Shown: positions 54,169-64,000, counted from the stretch's first letter. The stretch: 64,000 bases of DNA from an uncultured Acidobacteriota bacterium (GCA_963713825.1 CAVQNG010000003.1:1376001-1440000), one strand, 5' to 3'. A program made the numbers and translations. Notes: a model not told the origin generated them from the sequence alone.

Positions 54169-54708
54169 TCAATCCACAATGAGGCCGCCTTTTACGACCA
54201 TGTTGTTGAGCCGGGTCGTCAGACTTTGTAGGAGCTCGTGGGCGATGACGGGATCTGCGCGGACCGCGGCTCGCGCATCCTCGAGGTCCTCTAAAGGGGG
54301 TTCCATCTCGCGGAGAAGCTTGCCGTGGTCGACTCGAGCGATGGCCGTCAGGCGGCTCTCGGCGAGGTCCAATTCCTCTTCGGCTCTGTCGAGTTTGTCG
54401 AGATTGAAGAACAGAAGGGCGTTGTAGGAGTGCTCCCGCGCTTCCAGCAAGGGAAGGTAGAAATCGAGGAGATGTCGCAACGATCGGTCGGCACCCCTCA
54501 AGAGCACGGCAGCCTCCTCGGGGTTTGATCCCAAAACCGGGACGGCTGCTTCAACAGCAGATGCCGCCCTTTCCACTTCCTCTCGCAGCGCGTGCCCCGC
54601 CGATCGCTCCAAGATCGGCTGCCAGTCGACGTCGGGTTGATCACATGCGCCAGCCACCCAAAGCACCATCAAGGGAAGGTACTTCCACCAACTTGTTGAG
54701 GCTTTCAT
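54169..54708 (-). CDS. Hypothetical helical lipoprotein
   Basis: ATG 54708 with upstream AGGGAG; lipobox-like VAGAC; lies between kup and the ClC gene. Confidence 0.7.
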   Translation of the reverse strand: MKASTSWWKYLPLMVLWVAGACDQPDVDWQPILERSAGHALREEVERAASAVEAAVPVLGSNPEEAAVLLRGADRSLRHLLDFYLPLLEAREHSYNALLFFNLDKLDRAEEELDLAESRLTAIARVDHGKLLREMEPPLEDLEDARAAVRADPVIAHELLQSLTTRLNNMVVKGGLIVD

Positions 54709-54727
54709 CTCGGGTCTCCCTTCGTCC

Positions 54728-56704
54728 TCAGATCTCGACTTGCAACCCCAGTTCCACGACCTGTCCTGGAGAGATACCAAAGTGGAGCGTCGGCCCTTGC
54801 GCGTTTCTCGAAACCAGAGCAAAGAAGTGCTTTCGCCACTGGGACATACCAGGCTTCTTGGTCACGATCAACGTCTCTCGACCGAGGTAGACGGAAATCC
54901 TGCCGGTTCTTTCGAGGATCCCCTCTGTCCGAAGTAGGGTGAGGACCTCAGTGAGATTCGGGTGTTCCATGTAGCCCCAATGAGATGCGACACGGAGAAA
55001 TCCGGCTTGCAGCTCGGTGACTTCGAGTCGCTCGGCCGGGAGCAACCGCGGTACCTCGTCGGTCAGCATGGTGACGATCAGCACCTGGTTGTGGAGGACC
55101 TGATTGTGTTTGATGTTGTGCAGAAGAGATCTCGGGACACCTTTGGTATTGGAGTCCATGAAAACGGCGGTTCCTTGAACCCGACAAATCGAATGATGAG
55201 CCAGGCTCTCGAGGAACTGTTCAGCGGAGACACGGGCCGTGGTGAGCCGTTCAGCGAGCAGGGTGCGTCCTCGTTTCCAGGTCGTCATCAGCACGTAGAC
55301 GATGACCGCAACCACCAGTGGAAACCATCCTCCTTGTGGGATCTTGACGAGATTGGCGCCAAAGAACCCAAGGTCGACGACGAGCAGCAGCGCCGTCAAG
55401 GAGGTGGCGCTGACCAGGCCCCAGCCCCAGACCCGCCGTGAGCAGACGAATGCCAGGAGTGTTGTTACCACCATCGTGGTGGTCACGGCGACTCCATATG
55501 CGCCGGCGAGATTGCTGGAGGATCGGAAGCCGAGGACCAGCCCAACGGTAGCGATCAGCAGTACCCAGTTAACCAGAGGAACGTAGACCTGGCCGATCTG
55601 GTGCGGCGAAGAGTGGCGGACCTCGATACGCGGTAGAAACCCGAGGCGCAACGCTTGCTTGGTGAGCGAAAAGGCACCGGATATCACGGCCTGCGATGCG
55701 ATCACAGTCGCAGCCGTGGCAAGTATCAGGAGCGGATAAAGCAACCACTCCGGAGCCAGCAAGTAGAACGGGTTGCTTACGGCATCTGGATTTCTCAGCA
55801 GCAATGCTCCCTGTCCGAAGTAGTTCAGCATCAAGGCTGGGAAGACGACCCAAAACCAGGCGAGGCGGATAGGCTCGAGACCGAAGTGCCCCATGTCAGC
55901 GTAGAGCGCCTCGCCACCCGTGACGACGAGGAACACCGCTCCAAGTACCAGAAAACCGGCCAGGCCATTGGCCATGAAGAAATGAGCGGCGTGAATTGGA
56001 TTGATCGCGAGAAGCACCCGCGGCGTTTCGATCAGAGAGACTGCACCGAGGGTGGCGATGCAGAGGAACCATAGGAGGGTCACCGGCCCGAAGAGCGCGC
56101 CAACGGCCCCGGTGCCCTTGCGCTGCAGCAGAAACAACCCAATCAAGATCCCGATCGCGAGTGGAATCACGACATGGCTTAGCGCTGGTGTGGCGACCTC
56201 GAGTCCCTCAACGGCGCTCAGAACCGAGATTGCCGGAGTGATCATGCCGTCGCCGTAGAGCAGGGCAGAGCCGAAGAGTCCCAGCCCCACGAGGACTGTC
56301 CGACTACGGGACGGGGAAACGAGGCGGGGTGCGACCAGGGTCAGGAGCGCGAGAATCCCTCCCTCACCGCGATTGTCCGCCCGCATCACGTACAGCAGGT
56401 ACTTGAGGGAGATGACGAGTACAAGCGACCATGCAATCAGCGAGAGAACGCCGAAGATGTTCGCTTCGGTGGCAGCCATTCGCCAACTACCAGAGAAGCA
56501 CTCGCGGAGAGCATAGAGAGGGCTGGTCCCGATGTCGCCATAGACCACTCCAAGTGCTCCCAGGGCCAGAACCCACCGCCTGTCCCGCTTGCCAGGTCGC
56601 TGCTCCGACTCTGGCGGTCTCGGTGCAACTCCCTGAGGTTCTGATTCGGGCGAACCACCGCGGTCTGGCTCATGCTGTTCTGGTTGGCTGGGCTCCGCAC
56701 TCAT
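54728..56704 (-). CDS. kup: KUP/HAK/KT potassium uptake transporter
   Basis: LGVVYGDIGTSPLY, GEGG, TPAISVLSAVEG, EALYADMGHF, YLGRET. Confidence 0.96.
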   Translation of the reverse strand: MSAEPSQPEQHEPDRGGSPESEPQGVAPRPPESEQRPGKRDRRWVLALGALGVVYGDIGTSPLYALRECFSGSWRMAATEANIFGVLSLIAWSLVLVISLKYLLYVMRADNRGEGGILALLTLVAPRLVSPSRSRTVLVGLGLFGSALLYGDGMITPAISVLSAVEGLEVATPALSHVVIPLAIGILIGLFLLQRKGTGAVGALFGPVTLLWFLCIATLGAVSLIETPRVLLAINPIHAAHFFMANGLAGFLVLGAVFLVVTGGEALYADMGHFGLEPIRLAWFWVVFPALMLNYFGQGALLLRNPDAVSNPFYLLAPEWLLYPLLILATAATVIASQAVISGAFSLTKQALRLGFLPRIEVRHSSPHQIGQVYVPLVNWVLLIATVGLVLGFRSSSNLAGAYGVAVTTTMVVTTLLAFVCSRRVWGWGLVSATSLTALLLVVDLGFFGANLVKIPQGGWFPLVVAVIVYVLMTTWKRGRTLLAERLTTARVSAEQFLESLAHHSICRVQGTAVFMDSNTKGVPRSLLHNIKHNQVLHNQVLIVTMLTDEVPRLLPAERLEVTELQAGFLRVASHWGYMEHPNLTEVLTLLRTEGILERTGRISVYLGRETLIVTKKPGMSQWRKHFFALVSRNAQGPTLHFGISPGQVVELGLQVEI

Positions 56705-56758
56705 AGTGGCGATCGCTGAGCTGATGGTCTTCAGGGACTCGACTGGGAGGGGAAGCGC

Positions 56759-57196
56759 TCAATGTCTCTCGGGGAGTGTCGCCACTCGATGAGAGAGGGT
56801 CTCCTCGACGGTCTCCATCAGGTCGACCAACTCAAAGGGTTTGTCGATGACTACGGCACCAAGCTCTGCGGCTCTCCGGTGGATCTGATCGTCCCCAAAG
56901 GCCGTGATGAGAATCGTGGGAGGGAGGAGGCGACTTACCCGCTGCAGTCCCTGCATGACCTCCAGGCCCGTCATGTGGGGCATCCGAACGTCGGACACGA
57001 GCAAGTCGTATTTACTTCCCGGGCCGGACTGCGTCGAAAGCTGGTACAAGAGATCAGGCCCGTTGCAGGCCTCTGCCACTTGAAAACCTCTCTTTTTCAG
57101 TGCCCAGACCAAGAGACGTCTCATCTCCTTGTTGTCTTCGGCGACTAGAACTCTCAAGGTCTCTCCGGGGTATCTCTCTGCTCGTGCTTCTGTCAC
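56759..57196 (-). CDS. Single-domain response regulator
   Basis: RBS GGGAGG + GTG 57196; VLVAEDN, SDVRMP, ITAFG, KPF. Confidence 0.88.
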   Translation of the reverse strand: MTEARAERYPGETLRVLVAEDNKEMRRLLVWALKKRGFQVAEACNGPDLLYQLSTQSGPGSKYDLLVSDVRMPHMTGLEVMQGLQRVSRLLPPTILITAFGDDQIHRRAAELGAVVIDKPFELVDLMETVEETLSHRVATLPERH

Positions 57197-57238
57197 GGTG
57201 ATCCTCCCAAGGTTCGTAGGTCGAACAGAGGTGATCAG

Positions 57239-57254
57239 AGCAGGATCGATGCCA
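57239..57254 (-). promoter_or_regulatory. Sigma54 (-24/-12) promoter for the RR-kup operon
   Basis: Minus strand TGGCATCGATCCTGCT: GG-N10-GC, about 45 bp upstream of the start codon. Confidence 0.75.
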
Positions 57255-57377
57255 TGTCCGAGATGCGTTCGTTCACGCGCCAACAGTCATCTCGTGGAGG
57301 GCCGCACAAGCTGCTGCGACGGGTTCCTATCGTCGATACTCGCTTCCCGACAATCGGCGTTGTTCTTATCCCCCGTC

Positions 57378-57412
57378 TGGGTCAAAATGCCACAGTGGGG
57401 CAGATATCCTCG
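57378..57412. promoter_or_regulatory. Paired enhancer-like (UAS) sites for an NtrC-family activator
   Basis: Imperfect palindrome TGGGTCAAAATGCCACA and adjacent TGGGGCAGATATCCTCG, about 125-160 bp upstream of the sigma54 site. Confidence 0.55.
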
Positions 57413-57423
57413 GGGTTGAATGG

Positions 57424-58863
57424 ATGAGACTCGCGACGAAATTCGTTGTGGTCTTCGTCGCTGGGACAGTGACGGTTCTGCTGGTCTTCGGACTCTTTGC
57501 AGTTGACCGAGAGCGCACTCTCTTCGAGAAGGATGTTGAGCGAGACACTCGGATAGTTGGCCGATCTATCGGGGTCGCGATAGCCGATGTTTGGAGCGAT
57601 CAGGGTGAGGAGACGGCGCAGAAGCTGATTGAGGACCTCAATGAAGAAGAGCCGGATGTTGTTGTGCGGTGGGTCCCACCGAGGGAGATCCCCGAGGTTC
57701 TTGGCGCTTTGGCATCACCGGTCGACTTCAGAGAACGATTGTCACGCGGCGAAGTGATCTCGCTCAGGCGCCCGGAGGGTGCGAAGCAAGCGGTCTTGGC
57801 CTTTGTTCCAGTCGAGAAGGATGGCCAGCTAATAGGTGTACTCGAAGTCAGTGAGTCACTTCATTCGGCTGATGCTTACACCAGCGCGACGATAGTGAGA
57901 TTCGTATCATTGGCCGCTGCTATCTCCCTGTTGGCTGCCTGTTTGGCAATACCGATTGGCATCAGGTTCGTGGGCTCGCCCCTCAACAAGCTGGTCGCAA
58001 AGACTCGACGTGCCGGTCGAGGAGACTTCTCAGGTGAACTCGAGATTGGCGCCAAGGATGAGCTTGGTGAGCTCGCCGAGGCGGTGAACTCCATGTGTTC
58101 GGACCTGACGCGTTCCCAGCGACGAATCGGCGAAGAGTCCGAGGCTCGAATCGCGGCCCTTGAGCAACTTCGCCACGAAGATCGTCTGAAGACAGTCGGC
58201 AGGCTGGCATCGGGAGTTGCACACGAACTGGGAACGCCGTTGAACGTGATCGGTGGGCGAGCCGGCTTGATTGAAGAGGGCGAGCTCGACGACACTGAGA
58301 TCGCCGACGCGGCGCGAATCATCAAGCAGCAAGCGGACACCATGACAGCGATCGTGCGCCAGCTCCTGGATTTCGCACGACGACGAGCTCCTGAGAAATC
58401 ACGGGTGGATCTCGCACCCGTCGTGGAACAGTCACTCGAATTGCTTCGGCCCATGGCCAGGAAACAGGGTGTCGGCCTCGCCTTTGAAGCGGGGCATGAG
58501 TCTCTGGAGGCGGATGTCGATGCCGGCCAGCTGCAGCAGGTGATGACGAATCTGGTATTGAACGCGATCCAGGCGAGCTCTTCTGGCGACGAAGTTGTGG
58601 TCACGCTCGAAGCAACCGGAGGTGGCCCCGCGAGGTCTACCTGCCTGGTGGTGCAAGACCAGGGACAGGGAATCTCGCCAGAGGATTTTCCCCACATCTT
58701 CGAGCCCTTCTTTACTACAAAGGAGACCGGAGAGGGCACAGGGCTCGGTTTGTCGCTGGTGTACGGCATAGTGCAAGAACACGGCGGAAGGGTGGAGGTG
58801 ATCAGTAGTCTCGCCAAAGGAACGCGATTCGAGGTCTATTTGCCAAGAGAGGGAGAGCCATGA
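57424..58863 (+). CDS. Sensor histidine kinase (2 TM, HAMP, HisKA, HATPase)
   Basis: DELGELA, GVAHELGTPL, NLVLNA, DQGQG, FEPFFTTK, GTGLGL. Confidence 0.95.
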   Translation: MRLATKFVVVFVAGTVTVLLVFGLFAVDRERTLFEKDVERDTRIVGRSIGVAIADVWSDQGEETAQKLIEDLNEEEPDVVVRWVPPREIPEVLGALASPVDFRERLSRGEVISLRRPEGAKQAVLAFVPVEKDGQLIGVLEVSESLHSADAYTSATIVRFVSLAAAISLLAACLAIPIGIRFVGSPLNKLVAKTRRAGRGDFSGELEIGAKDELGELAEAVNSMCSDLTRSQRRIGEESEARIAALEQLRHEDRLKTVGRLASGVAHELGTPLNVIGGRAGLIEEGELDDTEIADAARIIKQQADTMTAIVRQLLDFARRRAPEKSRVDLAPVVEQSLELLRPMARKQGVGLAFEAGHESLEADVDAGQLQQVMTNLVLNAIQASSSGDEVVVTLEATGGGPARSTCLVVQDQGQGISPEDFPHIFEPFFTTKETGEGTGLGLSLVYGIVQEHGGRVEVISSLAKGTRFEVYLPREGEP

Positions 58864-60239
58864 AACGGCTGGTGCTCGTAGTCGACGACGAAGAGTCGAT
58901 GTGTTCGTTGATTCAAGACGACCTCCAGAGGCGGGGACTCGATGTCATCGTGGCAACCGAGCCAGAGACTGCGATTCAGCGACTGGAAAGCATGGACATT
59001 GACACGGTCATTACAGACCTGATCATGCCCTCCATGAGTGGCATAGAACTGTGCAGGAGCGTAGTTGACAGTCATCCCGATGTGCCGGTCATTGTCCTGA
59101 CTGCCTTTGGAAGTCTCGAGACTGCCACCGAGGCCATCCGCGCTGGTGCCTTCGACTTCGTCACCAAGCCTGTCGAAAGGGACCTTCTAGCGATCGCTGT
59201 CGAGAGGGCGTTGCGCCATCGGGAGCTTCAGGAGAAGCTGCTGCAGCTGAGTGAAGAGGTTGAACGTTCACGCCGACTGGGTGATCTCCTGGGCGAGAGC
59301 GAACCCATGCGCAAGCTGTTCGATCAGATCGGTCGAGTCGCCGACTCTGAGGCAACGATTCTCGTTTCCGGGGAGAGCGGAACTGGCAAGGAGCTGGTGG
59401 CGAGAGCTCTGCATGAGGGCAGCCGGAGGGAGAGAGGTTCGCTGGTGTCAGTGAATTGCGCTGCCCTCCCGGAGAACCTGCTGGAGAGTGAGCTCTTCGG
59501 CCATACGCGCGGAGCGTTCAGTGGTGCCGAGACTGCGCGAAAGGGCCTGTTTCTGAAAGCAGACGGAGGCACCCTTTACCTGGACGAGATCAGCGAGCTC
59601 CCATTGTCCTTGCAGCCGAAACTACTACGGGCCCTCGAAGAGAGGCGAGTTCGGCCCGTCGGAAGCGACCGTGAGGTGTCTTTTGATGCGAGGGTCATCG
59701 CCGCAACGAATCGGAACCTGGAGGGGCTGGTAGAAGAGGGCGAGTTTCGAAAGGACCTTTACTATCGGATCAATGTGATCGAGCTTGAAGTGCCGCGACT
59801 TCGGGCACGGGGAAACGACGTCCTGTTGCTGGCACAGCACTTTGTTGGAGAACTCGCTGAGAAGACCGGGAAGGACGTCGTCGGCCTATCTGAACGAGTG
59901 GCCGAGCTCCTCTTGTCCTACGACTGGCCTGGAAATGTCCGAGAGCTGCGTAATGCCATGGAAAGAGCTGTAGCCCTTACGCGAACCGAACAGATTTCAC
60001 TTGACGAGCTTCCCGAGAGCATTCGCCAACATCGGTCCAAGAGGCTCATTCTGGACCAAGGAGAGGGAGAGGAACTGCTGCCGCTCGAGGAGGTCGAAAA
60101 ACGCTACATTCTCCACGCACTGCAGGCGCTGGGCGGGAACAAGACGCTCACAGCTCAAGCTCTCGGTTGCGATCGGAAGACGCTCTACCGAAAACTGGGT
60201 TCTTATGGGATATTGCTCGGCTCCGATTCAGGCAAGTAG
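58860..60239 (+). CDS. Sigma54-dependent response regulator (NtrC/ZraR family)
   Basis: REC domain; GESGTGKE, ESELFGH, GAFSGA, LDEI, WPGNVREL; Fis-type HTH. Confidence 0.95.
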   Translation: MKRLVLVVDDEESMCSLIQDDLQRRGLDVIVATEPETAIQRLESMDIDTVITDLIMPSMSGIELCRSVVDSHPDVPVIVLTAFGSLETATEAIRAGAFDFVTKPVERDLLAIAVERALRHRELQEKLLQLSEEVERSRRLGDLLGESEPMRKLFDQIGRVADSEATILVSGESGTGKELVARALHEGSRRERGSLVSVNCAALPENLLESELFGHTRGAFSGAETARKGLFLKADGGTLYLDEISELPLSLQPKLLRALEERRVRPVGSDREVSFDARVIAATNRNLEGLVEEGEFRKDLYYRINVIELEVPRLRARGNDVLLLAQHFVGELAEKTGKDVVGLSERVAELLLSYDWPGNVRELRNAMERAVALTRTEQISLDELPESIRQHRSKRLILDQGEGEELLPLEEVEKRYILHALQALGGNKTLTAQALGCDRKTLYRKLGSYGILLGSDSGK

Positions 60240-60664
60240 TAGACCTTCTTGCCTGTATGCGGAGTCTCGTTTGAAGGAGGGCCCCAGAACGGGAGAAGCC
60301 CAAGGGGAGGTACAGCGTCACCCGTCCCGCGGGCCCTCAGTCTCGTCTTCGGTAGAGCAAATCCAGTGCCATTTGTCGTTTGCTCTAAACGGCCGGTTCT
60401 CCTTGGTTGAGCAGGCCCGGTTTCAGCATCCCTGAGGTCCCTACTCTCGAGGCAGAACGCCCCGCTGTTGCCTTCTGCCCCGTCCAGTAGTGCCGAGGGA
60501 CATCACCTCAGCTGCTTGAACAGGTCCTCAGAGCGGTTGGAACCGCTGGTGCTCTCTTGCCACCTAGCACCTGCACAGCAGCTAGGTTCAAGACCTGCAG
60601 GGACTACTGCCGGACAGCAGTGCTGGAGACCCGCGTATCTATCTGAAAATAAAGGAGATGAAGA

Positions 60665-60741
60665 TGGCGCACCCGTAGGGATTCGAACCCCAAACCTCCT
60701 GATCCGTAGTCAGGTGCTCTATCCAGTTGAGCTACGGGTGC
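60665..60741 (-). tRNA. tRNA-Arg (anticodon ACG)
   Basis: GCACCCGTAGCTCAACTGGATAGAGCACCTGACTACGGATCAGGAGGTTTGGGGTTCGAATCCCTACGGGTGCGCCA: 77 nt, complete cloverleaf with encoded CCA. Confidence 0.97.
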
Positions 60742-60833
60742 GCAAAGAACTGCGAGAGAGGGATTCTAGGGCAACCACCGAGCCGGGGCAAGCCGCCGAC
60801 GTACCCCAGGACCCCAAGACCTCGGGACCCGAG

Positions 60834-62996
60834 CTATTCAGCCATCTGCATTTCCAACGCCCAGCTCAGGAACGCCCACTGGTCGGCGATCTCCTCGATC
60901 TGCATCCAGGTAGGTTTGCCGGCACCGTGACCGGCGCGGGTCTCCACCCGGATGAGCAGAGGATTCTCGCAACCCTGGTCGTGCTGCAGGGCTGCGGCGT
61001 ACTTGAAGCTGTGCCAGGGCACCACCCGATTGTCGTGATCCGCGGTCGTCACCAGCGTCGGCGGATAGCAGGTGCCCTCTTGCGTGTTGTGGTAGGGCGA
61101 GTAGGCCAGTAGAGCCTCGAATTCCTCTTCGTTCTCGCTCAACCCGTAGTCGCTGGACCACTGCCGGGCGTTGGCGCTCGCGGTGTGGTAGCGCAGCATA
61201 TCCATGACTCCGACTGCCGGCAGCGCGGCACCGAAGAGATCGGGCCTCTGGTTCATGACGGCTCCGACGAGGAGTCCGCCGTTCGAGCCACCGCGAATCG
61301 CCAGCTTGTCCTTCGAGGTGTAGCCGTTGTCGATCAACCACTCGGCAGCGGCGATGAAGTCGTCGAAGACGTTCTGCTTTTGCAGCTTGGTGCCAGCCTG
61401 GTGCCACTCTTCGCCGTACTCACCTCCACCGCGCAGGTTGGCGACGGCCAGCACGCCACCCATCTCCATCCAGACGATCCGCCGTGGGCTGTAGTAAGGG
61501 GTGCGAGAGACGTTGAAGCCTCCATAGCCGTAGAGCAGCGTCGGATTGGTGCCGTCGAGCTCGAGGTCCTCGCGGTGAACGATGAACATCGGCACGCGGG
61601 TCCCGTCCTTACTCGCGTAGAAGACCTGGGTGGTGACGAAAGGACTCAAGTCCACGTTCACCTTGGCCTCGCGGAACAGCGTGCTCTCACCGCTCTCGAT
61701 ATCGTAGTGGTAGATGCGATCCGGAGTCGTGTAGCCGGTGAAGGTGTAAAACGTCTCGGGGTCGTCGAGCTTGCCACCAAAGCCGCCGACACTTCCGATA
61801 CCGGGCAGCTCGACCTCACGGGTCGGTTGGCCCTCCAGATCGAAGACCTTCACCACCGACTTGGCATCCTGGAGGTACTGAACGATCAGATGACCGCCGG
61901 CCAGTGAGGCTCCCTCGATGGTCTCCTCGGCCTCCGGTACGATCTCCTGCCAGTTCTCGGGTGACGGGTTTGTGAGGTCCACGCCGACGATTCGGTACTT
62001 GGGAGCGTCGTGGGTTGTGGAGAAGTAGAAGATGTCGTCCTTGTTGCCGAGAAGGTCGTAAAGAGCGTCCCACTCGTCGAGTAGCTTGACCACCGGCGCG
62101 TCGGGCTTGCCGAGCTCCTGGTAGTAGACGCCATTGGAGTCGTAGCCGTCGAAGACGCCGACAATCAAGTAGCGGCCGTCGTCCGTCACCTCTGCATAGG
62201 GATTGCGAGTCTCGTGGTCGGTGATGGAGTAGACGCTTACGTCCTCGGCCTGCGGCGTTCCAATCCGGTGGTAGTAGACCGAGACCTGCTGCGAATCGTC
62301 CGCTTCGCCACTGTCATTCTCGGGATAGCGGCTGTAGTAGAGGCCTGCACCATCCGCTGACCATGAGGCGCCTGAGAACTTGATGCCGTCGAGGCGGTCC
62401 TCGAGATCTTCGCCAGTCTCGACGTCGCGGACCTTCCAGTGGCGCCAATCGGAGCCCGCTTCCGAGATGCTGTAGGCGATCCGACTGCCGTCGGGGCTCA
62501 CTTCGAAGCTGGTCATCGAGGCAGTCCGATCGTCACTGAAGGTGTTGGGGTCGATCAGAGCTCGGGGCTCAGCTTCCAGGGTGTCGATGACGTACAAGAC
62601 ATCCTGATCCTGCAAGCCGTCGTTGCGCCGATAGAAGTAGCTTCCTCCCTGTTTGACCGGGGTTGTGAAGCGCTCGTAGTTCCAGACTTCGGTCAGACGT
62701 TGGTTGATCGTGTCCCGGGCCGGAATGGCCTCGAGGAAGGGTTGGGTAACTTCGTTCTCCGCTGCCACCCACTGCGCCGTCTGATCCCCGTCCACATCCT
62801 CGAGCCAGCGATACGGATCGGCAACTTCTACCCCATGATAGTTGTCGATGTGGTCGACGCGCTCGGTTTCGGGGTAGGTCACTGGAATCGTGGGGCCTTT
62901 GGCAGATTCGGGCTCGGACTTGGCGCATCCCGACAGGGCGATGACAAAGAGAAGGCCGGTCAGAAGCAGGGAACGCTGTAAACGGGCAAGCATCAT
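60834..62996 (-). CDS. Prolyl oligopeptidase (S9A), probable lipoprotein
   Basis: VADPYRWLE, YGYGGF, RGGGEYGEEWH, GGSNGG, DHDNRV, GHGAG; lipobox LSGC. Confidence 0.95.
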   Translation of the reverse strand: MMLARLQRSLLLTGLLFVIALSGCAKSEPESAKGPTIPVTYPETERVDHIDNYHGVEVADPYRWLEDVDGDQTAQWVAAENEVTQPFLEAIPARDTINQRLTEVWNYERFTTPVKQGGSYFYRRNDGLQDQDVLYVIDTLEAEPRALIDPNTFSDDRTASMTSFEVSPDGSRIAYSISEAGSDWRHWKVRDVETGEDLEDRLDGIKFSGASWSADGAGLYYSRYPENDSGEADDSQQVSVYYHRIGTPQAEDVSVYSITDHETRNPYAEVTDDGRYLIVGVFDGYDSNGVYYQELGKPDAPVVKLLDEWDALYDLLGNKDDIFYFSTTHDAPKYRIVGVDLTNPSPENWQEIVPEAEETIEGASLAGGHLIVQYLQDAKSVVKVFDLEGQPTREVELPGIGSVGGFGGKLDDPETFYTFTGYTTPDRIYHYDIESGESTLFREAKVNVDLSPFVTTQVFYASKDGTRVPMFIVHREDLELDGTNPTLLYGYGGFNVSRTPYYSPRRIVWMEMGGVLAVANLRGGGEYGEEWHQAGTKLQKQNVFDDFIAAAEWLIDNGYTSKDKLAIRGGSNGGLLVGAVMNQRPDLFGAALPAVGVMDMLRYHTASANARQWSSDYGLSENEEEFEALLAYSPYHNTQEGTCYPPTLVTTADHDNRVVPWHSFKYAAALQHDQGCENPLLIRVETRAGHGAGKPTWMQIEEIADQWAFLSWALEMQMAE

Positions 62997-63102
62997 GGAT
63001 AACTCCTTGGAGTTTCGTGGCAGTGGCTGTTTCTAAGGAAGGGGACGAGCTCGGTGAAACTGTCCGGCCGAACTGGCCAACCGAGACTACCATCCGATTC
63101 CC

Positions 63103-63471
63103 TCAGGCTACAGCTACGGCTTTTCGCTGTATTTTGTTGCAGCTGTCGACGTGGACGAGCTTCGGCTCGTGGCCCCGAGCCTCCTCTTCGGTGTACTCCG
63201 CATAGCTGCAGATGATCACCAGATCACCGGGACCGGCCTTGTGGGCAGCGGCGCCATTGAGCGTGATCTCGCCGGCGCCCTCCTCTCCTTCGATGAAGTA
63301 GGTGGCGAACCGCTCCCCGTTGGTGATGTTGTAGATCTCGACCCGCTCGAACGGCACGAAATCAGCGGCCCGCGCCAGAGCAGGGTCGATGCTGATGGAG
63401 CCCTCGTATTCGAGGTCCGCATCGGTCACCGTGGCGCGGTGGATCTTGGACTTGAGAAGAGTGCGATTCAT
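63103..63471 (-). CDS. panD: Aspartate 1-decarboxylase
   Basis: [19 protein letters not shown] (G-S autocleavage site), [14 protein letters not shown]. Confidence 0.97.
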   Translation of the reverse strand: MNRTLLKSKIHRATVTDADLEYEGSISIDPALARAADFVPFERVEIYNITNGERFATYFIEGEEGAGEITLNGAAAHKAGPGDLVIICSYAEYTEEEARGHEPKLVHVDSCNKIQRKAVAVA

Positions 63472-64000
63472 CCATCAACCTCCATGGAGATGTTGTCGAT
63501 CAATCTTGTTGTGCCTATGCGGACCGCGACTGGCATGACGATGCCGCCGCGAATTCGCCGGACTGGTTCGAAGCTGTCGGCCTCGACGACCTCCGCGTAC
63601 TCGACGTCGACGAGGACCTCTTGTTCCAGTACTTCACGAAGCACTCGACGGACGGCGTCGGCCGAGCGCTCGCCTTGCTCGATTCTCTGTCGGGCTGTGC
63701 TCAGTGAGCGATAGATCGCGGCAGCAGCGATGCGCTCCACGGGTGACAGGTAGGCATTGCGCGACGACATGGCGAGACCGTCGGGCTCTCGGACGGTTGG
63801 GAGGCTGGCGATCTCGACCGGTAGGTGCAGGTCCCGAACCAGGCGCCTGACGACCGCCAGCTGCTGCGCGTCTTTTTCTCCAAACACCGCGACCCCGGGG
63901 CGCACGAGGTTCAGGAGCTGTGTCACGACCGTGGCGACGCCGCGGAAGTGACCTGGCCGGAACTCGCCTTCGAGTCGGTCGGAGAGCGTCTCCACCTCGA
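63468..64000 (-). CDS. panC: Pantoate--beta-alanine ligase (5' part outside the window)
   Basis: [37 protein letters not shown]. Confidence 0.96.
   Translation of the reverse strand, partial: EVETLSDRLEGEFRPGHFRGVATVVTQLLNLVRPGVAVFGEKDAQQLAVVRRLVRDLHLPVEIASLPTVREPDGLAMSSRNAYLSPVERIAAAAIYRSLSTARQRIEQGERSADAVRRVLREVLEQEVLVDVEYAEVVEADSFEPVRRIRGGIVMPVAVRIGTTRLIDNISMEVDG

Noticed and set aside
59505-59530. GAFSGA as a sign of a non-functional sigma54 activator
   Set aside because: The conservative T-to-S variant occurs in natural activators, and a matching -24/-12 promoter lies next to the gene pair.
60468-61112. 214-aa ORF over the tRNA
   Set aside because: It reads through the antisense tRNA (GAPVGIRTPNLLIRSQ) and the peptidase 3' end; spurious.
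1497-61907. Many long overlapping ORFs (e.g. 1497-2792, 7815-9203, 14942-16411, 33982-35196, 57876-58817, 61185-61907)
   Set aside because: Antisense or alternate-frame shadows of well-supported genes, expected in high-GC DNA; no motifs.

Overview
GC-rich bacterial chromosomal window; gene content and style suggest Acidobacteriota, possibly Thermoanaerobaculia-like (inference). It is densely coding, with about 51 CDS and one tRNA-Arg(ACG). Main blocks: (1) ADH, amidohydrolase, a GT2 resembling the human queuosine-tRNA galactosyltransferase QTGAL/B3GNTL1, PaaI and TrmH, then a long hairpin element and a PGM1-like ATP-grasp ligase; (2) secreted hydrolases and a LolA-like + VPS10/BNR gene pair; (3) orphan ParA, PilZ, cytochrome c and a PQQ sugar dehydrogenase; (4) envelope glycosylation genes (O-antigen ligase, AsnB, GT2-ArnT); (5) an AraC-VPS10-PhoD-two-barrel-FNR block bracketed by yefM-yoeB and fitAB/vapBC toxin-antitoxin modules with visible operators; (6) pncB, VOC + Gly/Tyr-rich lipoprotein, and a hexaheme NapC/NirT-type cytochrome; (7) a probable sigma54-driven RR-kup-lipoprotein-ClC operon, followed by fetAB-like genes, facing its HK/NtrC-family activator pair next to the tRNA; (8) prolyl oligopeptidase, panD and partial panC. 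No CRISPR array, integrase or transposase was seen. All family calls come from motif recognition by eye, not database searches.
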